Of a stretch of DNA of 64,000 bases, positions 1-11,321 are shown one piece after another; the first letter of the stretch is position 1, and each line of letters opens with the position of its first letter. The notes beneath the pieces were generated by a model. That model saw only the letters and a program-made list of their open reading frames with translations, was not told where the DNA came from and did no database searches. The stretch comes from Selaginella moellendorffii (lineage: Eukaryota; Plantae; Lycopodiophyta): assembly GCF_000143415.4 (NCBI RefSeq), contig NW_003314269.1:1088797-1152796 (forward strand), read 5' to 3'. The position numbers and the translations under genes were made by a program.

Positions 1-627
1 GCTCGTCACCTCGGCAAGCCTGTGCTCGCAGTCGCAGAAGAAAGCCATCTGGAAGTACCCCGACCTCGAAGCAGCACCGGAGAAATCAAGACTGACACTG
101 TTCTTCTTCCCTTGACGGATCTCCAGTTGGCCACCCTCATGCCCGGACTGCGTTGGAAGCTGCAAGATCATCGTCGCAAACATGCCATCCTCCTTCTCGG
201 TATCCCGGTGGAACTTGAAGTGGCCACCCTGCTCATACAGCAGCAGCTTATACAGTCTCACGTCCAAGCCAAGCGCGCCAGCGTCGATCCCCAGCTCCTC
301 CATCGCGGGAACGGCCATGTCGAGCACCACCTTTGAGAAGAAGTCTGGGATTTGCGGGCAACTCACCTTGGACGCCTCCACTTGCCATGCACGGCGCACG
401 TCGGTGTCGAGCAAGGTTTCCTCGCCCTTGCCGTAGGGTGCTTGCTGCGACATGGCCTTGAGCTTGAGGAAGCCATCATTGGAGAGAGGGAGGGGGAGAT
501 CACCAGCGCCCTCCACTTGCAAGAAGGTAGGCATGGCGAATTTTGTTGCATCAACCTCGCCTCCTGTGGCATACTTGGGGCGAGGAAGAGTGGACCACAA
601 AACCTCGAGTAGCGCTTGGTAATCCAT
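1..627 (-). CDS. 2OG-Fe(II) oxygenase superfamily protein, microbial (fungal/bacterial) type; 3' end runs off the window
   Basis: Absent from the ORF track because it has no stop in the window. Manual translation from the ATG at 627 gives an uninterrupted frame: MDYQALLEVLWSTLPRPKYATGG...QQAPYGKGEETLLDTDVRRAWQV...LYKLLLYEQGGHFKFHRDTEKEDGMFATMILQLPTQSGHEGGQLEI...FFCDCEHRLAEVTS. It carries the HxD...H iron triad (HRD...CEH). Confidence 0.85.
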   Translation of the reverse strand, partial: MDYQALLEVLWSTLPRPKYATGGEVDATKFAMPTFLQVEGAGDLPLPLSNDGFLKLKAMSQQAPYGKGEETLLDTDVRRAWQVEASKVSCPQIPDFFSKVVLDMAVPAMEELGIDAGALGLDVRLYKLLLYEQGGHFKFHRDTEKEDGMFATMILQLPTQSGHEGGQLEIRQGKKNSVSLDFSGAASRSGYFQMAFFCDCEHRLAEVTS

Positions 628-1018
628 AGCGAGTAAACCCTAAGAAGCTGTATAACCTTTAATATTTATCTGTGCATAAAAAAAAGGTAATTTTTCAAGA
701 CCTTGACGATGATTTCATGGAGAGGACCAGCTTTTGGATTCCTTTAGTTTCTTAGGAACACTTATAAGTGTGCCATGATCACACATTATAAGCAAATCTT
801 CGAAAGCAAAAATGGGATTTTCAACTCAAAGAAACTCTCATTGCAACTTTGCCATGCTTGTGCTTGTGGTGGATAATACAAACAGCAGACAATGAAAGTT
901 GGAAGTTCGTATTTTTACTTTCAAAGAGTTGCATATAGTCCATGATCAAGCTATTTTTTGACACACCCCTTCATAGTATAGCCAAAAAAGTATATGATGT
1001 TGATTAAATCTTCACTTT

Positions 1019-2712
1019 TCATTGTTTCAAACTGTCGCTCACGTTTGGAGATATGTAAGCCCACCAGAGGCGCGCACAGTCCTCGGATCTGGAGCCGCAG
1101 AGCGAGGGTGGCTGCTCCACCGACGAGTCTCGATTCCAGGGCTTGAATCGGCCGTTGAAGTGGAGGATCTTGGAGTGCTCCGTGTTGGGCGACACGAATG
1201 GCCTCCTTGGCGGCCTCTTTGAGTAGAGCTTCTTCATGTAGTCTCGCTCCGCCTCGCTAAACTCGGCTCGCCCCAGCCCGCGAGTGTTCCATGCCGTGTC
1301 TAGCTTCTTGTAGTGGTTGTAGAGAGCTAGCAAGAATGGAGGCTGCGAAACGCCATATCTGTTGCGCAGCGATCAAACAGTCGGGACAAGTTGAAAAGAA
1401 GGAACGCTAGCTTACTTGTATAGAGGCTTTTGTGCTTGGTGGAACTCGTCCAGCCACCACTCGATGGCTTCGGTGCTGTTTTGCTCGATCCACTTGCGAG
1501 GATCGATTACCAGAACGCCGCGGTTGAAGATGCAGGCGCTCGGATCGAATGGCTGGCTCGGAATCCAAGGCGTGGACTCGGACGCTTCTCGCGACTGGAT
1601 GCGGTGAAGGAGATCAAAGTTGAAATAGCTGCCGAAGATCTGGGAGCAATCTTCAACGGCGGCCACGGGGTGATCTTCGAGATCAGTGTTGAAGAGTTCT
1701 TCGATGTCTCCCTGTGTAAAATCCAGAGAAAAGTGAGAAGGATTTAAAACACGGCAAAGATCAAGAGTCTTGCCTGAACCACGACGTCCGAGTCGAGATA
1801 GATGATCCTTTGCATGCCTGGAAACATGCGAGGAAGGTAAAAGGGAAGAAAGTTGTATGGACTTGTAAGAGCTTCTCTTGCCTTGCTGTCCTTTCGGTAA
1901 AAGACATGGTTTCCGATTTCCTCGAAATCGATCTTTTCGCTGCCATGAAATAGAACGATGTCAAGGAAACTAGAGAAAGAAACTGAAAACCAAGAGAACA
2001 AGAAAGAATAACACACCTGACCATATCGATGGCCGCAAGAGGAAAGAGAGCTTTGAGTTTGGACAACCACGCTTCTCGCTGTGATTCAGTGGTGATGATA
2101 TGGAATCGAATACGTTGCGTGTGACTGCCATAACGAAAAACCAATAACACCCTGTGGAAAAAAGAAGAAGAGAAGAGTTTTCTACGAACCGGGTGTTGGC
2201 GAGTGTAGAGTTGATGACCACGACTAGAGGGCGCAAATCTTTCTCGTCGGTGCAAACAAACAAGTCAATGGAAGTGCTCTTGATGCCAGTGACGAACTCC
2301 CTCGCATCCACTTCTTCCACTTCTTTCCCACTTTCTCCCTGTGGAGCATATGGGAGAGAGAGAGATACCAAGTCCAAAGCATGAAAGATCAATGGTGTGC
2401 AACAACGAAAGAAATCGCTCCTACCTGGTCTGGTTCTTGCCGTATAGGAATCCAAGTGCGAGTGGGATCGGCTGGATGGCGATAATGCGTCGCAGGAAGC
2501 ATCTGGAGCATCAAGAAGGCAACGCAGATCAGGGCAGCGACGATGGGCGCACCCTTCCACGGCTTCGGAGCCGGCGCCAACTCGGGAACAGGCAGCAGCG
2601 GGTCGACCTCGCCATCGCCATCGCCATTTCTGCGCTTGCCGAGCGGCCGCCTCACGGGGAGCGCCCCCGCCGGGGAGAAGTCGGGCATCTCCACAGCCAA
2701 GGCGCCCGACAT
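1019..2712 (-). CDS. Glycosyltransferase family 8 protein (GAUT/GATL-related, GATR/GLT8D-like), multi-exon type II membrane protein
   Basis: Exonic fragments give an N-terminal TM (IVAALICVAFLML), LRPLVVVINSTLAN, IRFHII, NFLPFYLP, IIYLDSDVVV (DxD), AAVEDC, CIFNRGVLVID, SQPPFLL and ILHFNGRFKPW. Short GT-AG introns lie between them. Confidence 0.88.
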
Positions 2713-2778
2713 CAAACCCAAGGCCTTTTAAAATAATGCGAGCATATTTGCACGAATCTTAGGGCAAAACCATTCCTT

Positions 2779-4413
2779 TTAAACCCTTGCCGAATCTATC
2801 AATCTGGGGGAAGACTTTTCATCCTTAGAGGACCTTAGCAAGATCGCTCGAGCCACATTGTCCAATTGGAAGGGCATGCTTAGCGCCAAATCCTCGGCCT
2901 TGGCGCGATCACCGGCCCTTACAAGCGCGTCTATCACCAGCCAGTAATGCTCCACTCTGGGCATTAGCCCAAAATCCAGTACCATAGCTCCAAAGTAGTC
3001 GCGGCATTCCTTGGCCATTCCAGCGCTAGAGAAGGCGCTCATCACACTCCCCAGCGTCGTGATCGTCGGCCAAAACCCTTCCAGGCTAAGCGCCCCAAAT
3101 GCCCTAGTGGCCCTCGCGCGATCGCCGCTCACGGCATACCCGTAGATCAACGCTCCCCAGCAAACCACGTTGCGCTCCGGCATTCGCTGAAAGCTCGCTT
3201 CGGCCAAGCCAATATACCCGCCGCGGGCATATGCCTCTAACAGCGCCCGCCAAGTGGAACAATCCCTGGAGGGCATTCTCTCGAGCGCCCGCCCGGCATC
3301 GGCCAACCGTCCATCGTGGACGTACGCGACGATCAGGTCCGTCCACGCCGCCACGCCGTGGCCGGGCATCTTTTCAAAGTGAAGCTCCGCACAGGGAATA
3401 TCCCCGCTGTGGACGTACGCTCCGAGCATCTCATTCCAGGAGAGTATATCTCTCTTGGGCATCTCCTGGAAGAGATCTAGCGCATCGTCAGCCATGGCGG
3501 CGTGGGAGTAGCCGTGGATCATCGCATTCCAAGATGCCACATTGGGGTATGGCATCACGTCAAAGAGGGCTCTCGCCTCGGCCATGAAACCATGGTGCGA
3601 ATATGCCGTGACCATGGTCGTCCAGGTCACTGTGTCCGGCTTGGGCATCGAATCAAAGAGTCTCTTGGCTTCCTCTAGATTTCCAATTTCGCCATACGCT
3701 GCGATCATCGTTGTCCATGTCACGACGTCTGCCTCGGGCATCCGGTCGAAGATCTTGCGGGCTCGTGAGATGTGCTGGAGCTCCGCGCAGCAGTTTATCA
3801 CGAGCGTAGAGGATACCATATTCCATTCTGGCATTTGGAGGAACGTACGAATGGCTTCCTGCAAATGTCCTTTGCGGAAAAGTGCTGTGAGTAGATTGAT
3901 CCAAGATATTACGCTCCTTTCGGGCATTAGATCGAACAATTTTTGGGCTGAGGAAAGCTCTTGGTTCCGCGCGCAACCACCAAGAAAGGAGTTCCAAGTG
4001 ATCACATTGTGCTGGGGCATTCTGTCAAAAATCATTGCCGCTTCCAGCAAATTCCCGCTTTGGGCATTTGCTGAAAGAATGGTGGTCCATGTCACAACAT
4101 TGCGCTGAGAAATCTTGTCAAAAACGAGCCTAGCCTCGTCGATGGCATTCCCTTGGATGCAAGCACTGATGATGATGTTGAAGGAGAAGCAATTCGGGTT
4201 GGGGATGGTGGCAAATACGGCCCTGGCGAGATCCAGGCGGCCGCATCGCCCATACATCTCCACCAGCAGATTGAGAAGAAATGTGTCGCGCGAGAACTGG
4301 CTCTCGAGGACGAGCTCGTGGACGCGCTTGCATCGGGGCAAATCTTTCCCGCTGCGGCAGAGATGGATGAGCTGCGCGTAAAAACCATAGCTGTCGCTCC
4401 TCCGTGGCGGCAT
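2779..4413 (-). CDS. PLS-class pentatricopeptide repeat protein with partial E-type extension, no DYW domain
   Basis: Intronless 544-aa ORF with tandem ~31-aa repeats (AxxxFDxMPxxxVVxWxxMIxxY). C-terminus has PRVEHYWLVIDALVRAG...AEDLALSMPF and ends without DYW. Confidence 0.93.
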   Translation of the reverse strand: MPPRRSDSYGFYAQLIHLCRSGKDLPRCKRVHELVLESQFSRDTFLLNLLVEMYGRCGRLDLARAVFATIPNPNCFSFNIIISACIQGNAIDEARLVFDKISQRNVVTWTTILSANAQSGNLLEAAMIFDRMPQHNVITWNSFLGGCARNQELSSAQKLFDLMPERSVISWINLLTALFRKGHLQEAIRTFLQMPEWNMVSSTLVINCCAELQHISRARKIFDRMPEADVVTWTTMIAAYGEIGNLEEAKRLFDSMPKPDTVTWTTMVTAYSHHGFMAEARALFDVMPYPNVASWNAMIHGYSHAAMADDALDLFQEMPKRDILSWNEMLGAYVHSGDIPCAELHFEKMPGHGVAAWTDLIVAYVHDGRLADAGRALERMPSRDCSTWRALLEAYARGGYIGLAEASFQRMPERNVVCWGALIYGYAVSGDRARATRAFGALSLEGFWPTITTLGSVMSAFSSAGMAKECRDYFGAMVLDFGLMPRVEHYWLVIDALVRAGDRAKAEDLALSMPFQLDNVARAILLRSSKDEKSSPRLIDSARV

Positions 4414-4579
4414 TGCGATCTAGAGGATCTCATTTGTCGTGATCACCAAGCCGAGATCTATGACACTTTCGATTGCAATGGATCCAATCTGGAGAGAATC
4501 TGAGAGTTCTTCTTGGAAGAATTATTGTTTGAAGGGTTGTCATTGTCTCCCTGTGATGAATGTGATAGTAAGCGCTCCA

Positions 4580-5494
4580 TCAATCCTTGAATGGAGATCC
4601 AGCGTAGTAGACGTGGAGCGGGCACCGGGGGCTGATTTGATCCAGCGCCATCCTCGTCGTTGGAGCTTGCTGGACGGAAGAGTTTTTCTTCTCCACTAAA
4701 ACCGCACAGACAATGTCTTGGTAGCCACCACCACCATTCGCGACGAAAGCCACAATGGCGGCCTGGAGAGGGGGCAAGCTCGGGTTGAAAGCGGCAGACT
4801 CGCAGTAAGATCCGGCAAAAACTCTGGCGCTCCTGGTGAAGATCGCTACTCCGGAGGGACAGCCGGTGTATGGAGCGTAAGATTTGTTCGCAGCCTCCAG
4901 CGCGGTGTCTCTAAGGCTCTCATCTTCCAGTCCGGAGAGATCGAGACCGTCTTCCTCGCGACCACGGTAGCACTTGTGATCTAGTCCCTCGAAGACCAAG
5001 CCATTGTTCCTGGACTCTAGCAGCAGGGGAAAGTCGAGATCCTGCGCGAGAAGATCGTCTGGGCCGAACCGGTGAGGAAGAAATCTGGATAGGAGCTGTG
5101 TCTCGGAATTCTCACCGTCGACGATGAAGAGCTCGAGATCCTTGGCGCCGCGGAGCTCCTGGAGGAACTGGCGGCAGTGGCCGCAAGGCGCGGCCGAGAC
5201 CGCCAAGAACTCGATCGAAATCTCGCCGTGCTGCGCCAGATTCGCAACTAAGAACTGCTCGGCGTGGACGGAATGGTGAAGTGGCAGGCCCGGGAACTCC
5301 AGATTGACGCCCCGGAAGACCCGCCCGCTGGATCCCAGCCCCACTGCTCCGACCCGGAAATTGGAGATCGGCGGGCGCGCCAGATCGCGCGTCGGTTCCA
5401 CGAGGCTGCCGAGGAAGGCCTGGATGCTCATACCTGAGGAGGATCGCTGCTGCTCGGCGTCATCGGCGGCGATGACGAAGGGAATGCCGCTCAT
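4580..5494 (-). CDS. CDA: Cytidine deaminase (plant/E. coli cdd homodimeric type)
   Basis: ARPPISNFRVGAVGLG, GVNLEFPGLPLHHSVHAEQF, zinc site PCGHCRQFLQEL, and second pseudo-domain AANKSYAPY...ESAAFNPSLPPLQAA. Confidence 0.95.
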   Translation of the reverse strand: MSGIPFVIAADDAEQQRSSSGMSIQAFLGSLVEPTRDLARPPISNFRVGAVGLGSSGRVFRGVNLEFPGLPLHHSVHAEQFLVANLAQHGEISIEFLAVSAAPCGHCRQFLQELRGAKDLELFIVDGENSETQLLSRFLPHRFGPDDLLAQDLDFPLLLESRNNGLVFEGLDHKCYRGREEDGLDLSGLEDESLRDTALEAANKSYAPYTGCPSGVAIFTRSARVFAGSYCESAAFNPSLPPLQAAIVAFVANGGGGYQDIVCAVLVEKKNSSVQQAPTTRMALDQISPRCPLHVYYAGSPFKD

Positions 5495-5637
5495 CCCTTC
5501 CCAAGAACCCTAAATTTCGAGGAGGTCAGCTGAATCTCTCCATAGCTAGGGCTGGCACGATGGAAAAGAAGGGAATGTTAGTTGTTTGGAAGAGAGACAA
5601 GCCCTAATCGAGAGAGGAGAGGGTTTCGCTGGCAGCT

Positions 5638-7323
5638 ATGGCGCTGGCGATGGAGATTTCTCCTCCTGCATTCGCGATGGGAGTGGGAATGCCGACGCAG
5701 CAGCAGGAGCAGCAGCAGCAAGAGGAAGAACAGATGATTGACGAAGATCAGGAGGGAGAGCTAGGGCAGCAGGAGGATCAATTCCAAGAACCGTCACTCT
5801 TTGGGCCTGTTCATCGGCAGAAGAGACGGCAAGAGATTCCTCGTGCGCGTCGGAGGTGTTTTCCTTCGTTTGTCGCAGATGGCTCTTCCACGCTGTCCGG
5901 GGATCTATGCTCAGGTATGCCAAAATTTCTTTTTCAATCACCTTGGACTCGTTGTTTTTGATGTTTTCCTTCTATGTTTTCTTGCAGATGTCCATGACAC
6001 AATGCGGTGTAGCTTTAGAACTATAGACGAGCCAGCGATTTGCAGCACTGTTCTTCAGTCTTCGGAGTCACAGTCGAGAAGGTATGGTGTTTTTTATTCT
6101 CGAAAACAAAAAATCACTCAAGCTGATTCTTTCAAAGAACAAAGAAAACTTTCGATTTTTCGTTCTTTCACATTGTTATATGATTTGAAGGGATTTCACG
6201 GAGATGCCTTGCCAAAGATCACCGACAGACTCCACAATTGCGAGCGACGATGGGGACTCATCATTCTCTTGTGCTTCCTGGTCAGCTGGCCAGCTTGTTT
6301 GGGCGAAGTTTTCCCGCTCTCCTTGGTGGCCCGCTCAGGTAGAAATGCACGATTTTTCTGTCATTCTTTGGTTTTACACTGCTTCAAAAGGTTGCGGATG
6401 AGAAGTCGATGAGCGAGAGAACGCGTCAATCGAAGAATCATGTGTTGGTGCGCTTCTTCGGCAACTATAACTAGTTCGTTATCCATCCTGATCCCTTAAG
6501 TTACATCGTATTGATTCGTGCGTGATTTGAACGATTGCAGTGGATGGGTTGATCCTGCCAGCGACTTATCCAAGTTCGACGTGGTAAGTGTGTGAGTGTA
6601 CGAATTTTTTAAACTTCTCTAAAACGTTCTAAACAGCATCAGTACCATGCAGGATTTTGACGGGAGGAGCCAGGTTCCAACCAAGGCCTTCCAAAAGGGA
6701 TTGAAAGAGGTGAGGGCAAAAAACATTTCTATATGAGGGAGCACATTTAATGCACAACTTCCGCCGTTGTAGGCTTTAGAGTACAGAGACTTTCGGAAAC
6801 TCCCGTTGAAGTGGAGACACTCGTTCCAGGAGGAATGCCAAACTCCCCATGCAAACGGTGAGTGACTTGAGTTTCAAGTACTTTTTGCATGGTTGATTCT
6901 TGATCTCTTCGCAGGCAAGGAATCCTCGGAGGAGACAGGAAGCGAAGCTCGCAACACTGCAACACGAAGGAGAAAACCCAAAGTCCTGTACGAGGTACAC
7001 GATCATAAATTGGAAAATAGACTACCATCGCTTTTCTCAGCTCGCTTGAAAAACTTTAATGACAGGAGGAGGAAAGGCTCCACCAAAAGCCCAAACGCAA
7101 TCTTCGCCGGAAGAAGATCATGAGAGAGCTTGGGCTTTGCGCTCCTTATGGTTCTCCCTTCACTTACAACTCCATAGGAACGAGCTTCTAAACACTCGAC
7201 AACGTAAGCAAGAAATTTTTTTCTACATCTCACAAGCCACGGTATAAGTATCTTTTTTTTAGATCTCACAAGCAGTGGTATATAGTCTATCAGGGAAGAT
7301 TCCCCTGAATCAAGCCTATGTAA
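5638..7323 (+). CDS. PWWP-domain chromatin protein, multi-exon (3' end approximate)
   Basis: Exon 6190-6338 encodes WSAGQLVWAKFSRSPWWPAQ. Later exons encode VLVRFFGNYN and GWVDPASDLSKF. Multiple short GT-AG introns. Confidence 0.75.
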
Positions 7324-7785
7324 CAGGTCGTCCTACACGAGGTTCTCCGGGCCAGGCCCAATGGCCGCGTCACGCGTGGATGCCAGAGTTTGGTCAAACG
7401 CTCTGTTGACACGTGGCGCAAGGCAACTGGTAGTCGCAGTTCCGAGTGACTAGTCCTCCTGGCCTGGAGTGCGCCGCCGCTTCTATATTTTTTCTCAACA
7501 TTTAAAAATGCGGTCGTTGAATAAGCGTACGGAGGATCTTGGGTCCATTTCTCCAGTATGGGCGTGCCGTACCGCGCCATTTAAAGAAAATGGGGTTTTT
7601 GTGGAGATAACGGAAAAGAGTAAAGGGTAAAGCTGGCCGTTGGATGGGCGCGGGCGAGGGCGGGGATGGTGGCGCGTGGCAGCCGTAATTCTAACCATGG
7701 ATTTCTCTTTTAACCGCATGGCGTGGTCCGTTTTATGCGGCTGGTAAATATTATTTTCAATCGGTACAAGCTTGAAGCTTTACCT

Positions 7786-9851
7786 ATGGCGATGGCGGCA
7801 AAGGGCGCCCAAGCTCAAGAAGACGATGATGCCGCCCGGATGGCGGCCATGGGGAAGTATTTCGCGCAGCGCGCGGCAGATCAGCAGCAGCAGCAGCGCC
7901 ATTCTTTGGAGCTGGGAAGAATTATCCAAGATTTGGCAGGGCAGGATTCCGATCCAAGACTCGCGGCCGCCAGCGCCAGGGTGCCGGCGGCGCCCGAGGA
8001 GGAGATGGCAAAGAATGCGCTGGAGCAGCCGCGGCAGCAGGAGCAGGATTGCCGCGGTGGAGGCGAGAATGAGGTGGGCGCGCAAAGACTGGCTCTAAGA
8101 TTGGCAGGGCCTACATTGCTACAACGGTGCGCGATCGCCGAGGCCGAGCAAGCCCGGCCTCTCGCGTTTCGTCTGGCATCGCCGACCGCCTCGTCCTCGT
8201 CTCCAGCTCTGGCCACGCCCATTTGCGTGCGAGGTCAGGTCTATCCCCCGCCCCTTGCGACGCATGAGGAAGTGACTCGTGATCCGGTGCTCTTCATGGA
8301 CACGCTTTGCAAGTTCCATGAAGCCATGGGCAGTAGAATGTCGTGAGTGCCCTCTCTCTTTTTTTCTTTTCTTCTCTTTTGCGCTTGTGTTTCGTCTTCC
8401 TTCTTCTTCCTTGTGTTTGTTTGTTCCATTATTATATGCTTTCCTATGGCTAGATTTCTGGGCTTTGTATCTCTTTTGATTCTGAGGGATTGTGACAGCT
8501 TTAGAGTTTTTTTTATCACTTCGTGCCGGATTAATGTGGGCTTTCTCTGTTGTTGATTCCCAGGAGCCCAAGAATGGGAGGGAATCAGCTGGATTTGTAT
8601 CGTCTTTATCAAGAAGTTACTGCTCGAGGAGGTCTCGAACAGGTTCTTTTATAAGGCATGCTAAAGTTGCTTGAGAGCTAATTTCATAGCGTTCTCGGCT
8701 GTCAGGTTATCAAAGACCGGCTGTGGAAGGACATCAAAGCGGTGTTCAATTTCCCCAGAACGACTACAAGTGCGTCGTTCGTGTTGCGGAAGTACTACAC
8801 GAGCTTACTCCATCATTACGAGCAAGTGTATTTCTTCAGAGCTGAGGGAAGCCTTGTGTCTCCTCCTGGTAAGTTTATTGGAGTTTGTAAAGAGGCAGGA
8901 ATTGTAAAACCATGAAGTTGCAGCTCCTCTTCCGGCGCCAAGCCCGGGATTTCTTTTACCAGAGAATGGAGTGCGTTCGGACGAGCTGGAGCTTGGGCCG
9001 AAGATGCAAAAGCGACGACTCCAGCCTGCAATTGACGGTAAGAAGAAACTCGTTGGAGTTGAGTCTCAAAAGGCTTTCTTGCATTGGCAGTAGATCTTGA
9101 AGCGCACATCGGGGAGATTGTGACCGGATCCATTGAAGAAAAGTTTGAGCACGGGTACTTAGTCACCGTTGTCATCGGATCCGACAGGTTCAGGGGTGTT
9201 CTATATCACGTCCCTGTTGGTTCTTCCGTGCCACAGTATGCATCGACAGTCGCGACGAGTAGAAGTACTCCAGAAGCTGCAAATGTTGGCGTGCGGCTGA
9301 GAAGGCGACGAAAGCGAATCGGCATGCGCAGAAAAGACCCCAACGCACCCAAGCTCAACAGGAGCGGCTACAACTACTTCTTTGCCGAGCAGCGAGCCAA
9401 GCTCAAGCTCGTATACCCAGACAAGGACAGAGAAATCAGCAAGATGATCGGGGAGACGTGGAGTAGCATGACCGAGGAGCAAAAATCTGTAAGAGCTACA
9501 TCCGTTTCGAGTTTTACTTTTTTCTTGTTTCTCGCGGTGCTAACGCTATCGCTTGGCATGCAGCCTTATCAAGAGCGCGGGGTCAAGGACAAGGAGCGAT
9601 ACAAACGGGAAATAAGCGATTACCGAGACAGGATGAAGATGCAAAAACTAGGAATCAGTGCTGAGCAGCAGGAGCAGCAGGAGCAGCAGTCTGGGGGCAG
9701 TCACGAGCATGAAAGGAAGTACCCGAGCAAGCCGGAGCTCGGACCGGCTTGCGTGATGCTACCGCCGGAACAACAGGCCCCGTTCCAAACGGCTAGTGCT
9801 AGTACTCCTACGACGACCACGGCTACCACGGCCACCACGATTGCGTCCTAG
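7786..9851 (+). CDS. ARID-HMG box protein (HMGB9/10/15-like), multi-exon
   Basis: ARID: YPPPLATHEEVTRDPVLFMDTLCKFHEAMG, GGNQLDLYRLYQEVTARGG, FNFPRTTTSASFVLRKYY. Middle: IVTGSIEEKFEHGYLVTV. HMG box: KDPNAPKLNRSGYNYFFAEQR...DKERYKREI. Confidence 0.92.
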
Positions 9852-10110
9852 AGCGAGCGAGCGAGCCAGCCGGCCAGCTTTGTGCTCCGGATCACGTTGA
9901 CAACATGTATTTAATCACGCGATGCTAGCCTAGGAGGAGGAGGAAGAGGAGAAGTCGATCGAGAGAGCTAAAGCCTGCCAGATCTCTAGTTGATCTTTCT
10001 AGCAATATGTCGAGCGATTTTGGTGACAAGACAATACGAGAAAGTTCTAACGTGTCTTTTGTTTAAATTAATATTCGCGTAAAAATAAATGATACTGGTT
10101 AAAGGCATAA

Positions 10111-10183
10111 GCCGGCCTAGCTCAGTTGGTAGAGCGCAAGGCTCTTAACCTTGTGGTCGTGGGTTCGAGCCCCACGGTCGGCA
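10111..10183 (+). tRNA. trnK-CUU: tRNA-Lys (anticodon CTT)
   Basis: GCCGGCC acceptor pairs with GGTCGGC. D-arm TAGCTCAGTTGGTAGAGC, anticodon loop CTCTTAA, T-loop GGTTCGAGCC. T5 Pol III terminator at 10199-10203. Confidence 0.96.
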
Positions 10184-10277
10184 GAAAGAATTAATTAGTT
10201 TTTAAGTCAACAATTATCAAGACCGTTAGATGGTCGAATATGCTTTTGGAATTCTAGGGCTCCAATCCAATTTGGCT

Positions 10278-11243
10278 ATGGCGGCTCTCCGTGTGACCGG
10301 CGCCGGGGCGTCACTCCAGCTCCCATTCGTCTCTTCCAGGTACAATGCGGGCATCGCGATCGGTGCGGCAAGGGTCGGCTTCCTCAAGCCGTCGCAGCAC
10401 GCTCTCTCGTCCAAGCAGCTCCTGCCTCGCCGTGGATCGGCGATTTCCAGGGCGCTGGAGCAGTCCGTCAAGGATGTCGATCAAGGCAAGGGCCAGCAGC
10501 AGGAGCAGCAGCAGAGCTCGGATTACCAGGTGCGCGAGCAGGGCGAGGCCCAGAGCATGGGCTACAGGGCATTCTTGGTTGGGGCAAACGGCAAGACCTT
10601 GTCGCCATGGCACGACGTCCCGCTGAAATCCCCGCTTGGCGGCGGCGAGATCTTCCACTTCGTGGTGGAAATCCCCAAGGAGTCCAGCGCCAAGATGGAA
10701 GTGGCCACTGACGAGCCCTTCACGCCGATCAAGCAGGACATCAAGAAGGGCAAGCTCCGGTTCTATCCCTACAACATCCGCTGGAACTATGGCCTCCTCC
10801 CGCAAACCTGGGAGGATCCAAACCACGCCAACCCGGAAGTGGAGGGCGCGCTGGGAGACAACGACCCCGTGGACGTGGTGGAGATTGGCGAGCGCAGGGC
10901 GGGGCTGGGCGAGATCCTGCGCGTCAAGCCAGTGGCTGTTCTCGCCATGATCGACGAGGGGGAGCTGGACTGGAAGGTGATCGCCATCTCGGTGGACGAT
11001 CCCAAGGCGGCGCTTGTGAATGACGAGAGCGACGTGGAGTACTACTTCCCGGGGACGCTCACGGAGATCCGGGACTGGTTCCGGGATTACAAGGTCCCGG
11101 ATGGGAAGCCGCAGAACCGATTCGGGCTGGGGAACAAGGCCGCCGGGAAGGATTACGCGCTCAAGGTGATCCAAGAGACGCACCAAGCGTGGGTGAAGCT
11201 TGTGACCAGGTCTGTTCCCGCGGGTGATCTATCGCTCACGTGA
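10278..11243 (+). CDS. PPA6: Soluble inorganic pyrophosphatase, plastid type (PPa6-like), intronless
   Basis: Transit-peptide-like N-terminus, then SPWHDVPL, VEIPKESSAKMEVATDE, NYGLLPQTWEDP, GDNDPVDVVEIG, MIDEGELDWKVIAI and DWFRDYKVPDGKP. An alternative upstream ATG lies at 10230. Confidence 0.95.
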   Translation: MAALRVTGAGASLQLPFVSSRYNAGIAIGAARVGFLKPSQHALSSKQLLPRRGSAISRALEQSVKDVDQGKGQQQEQQQSSDYQVREQGEAQSMGYRAFLVGANGKTLSPWHDVPLKSPLGGGEIFHFVVEIPKESSAKMEVATDEPFTPIKQDIKKGKLRFYPYNIRWNYGLLPQTWEDPNHANPEVEGALGDNDPVDVVEIGERRAGLGEILRVKPVAVLAMIDEGELDWKVIAISVDDPKAALVNDESDVEYYFPGTLTEIRDWFRDYKVPDGKPQNRFGLGNKAAGKDYALKVIQETHQAWVKLVTRSVPAGDLSLT

Positions 11244-11321
11244 AATACAACTAGATGATTTGCTTGCTATCGGACGATTAGATGACTGCTTGGAGCGAGT
11301 ATGCTTGCTCGATCGGCTGCT

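Noticed and set aside
2779-5494. DYW-less PPR next to a cytidine deaminase as a split RNA-editing system
   Set aside because: The deaminase is the canonical free-nucleoside salvage CDA (cdd type) with no evident transit peptide, not a DYW enzyme. PPR genes are so abundant in such genomes that adjacency is expected by chance.
10311-11186. Long antisense ORFs opposite PPase, GH17, SLX1 and RLK (e.g. 10311-11186, 18297-18977, 20563-21522, 22358-23182)
   Set aside because: Shadow ORFs caused by high GC3 of the real genes, with no recognisable motifs.
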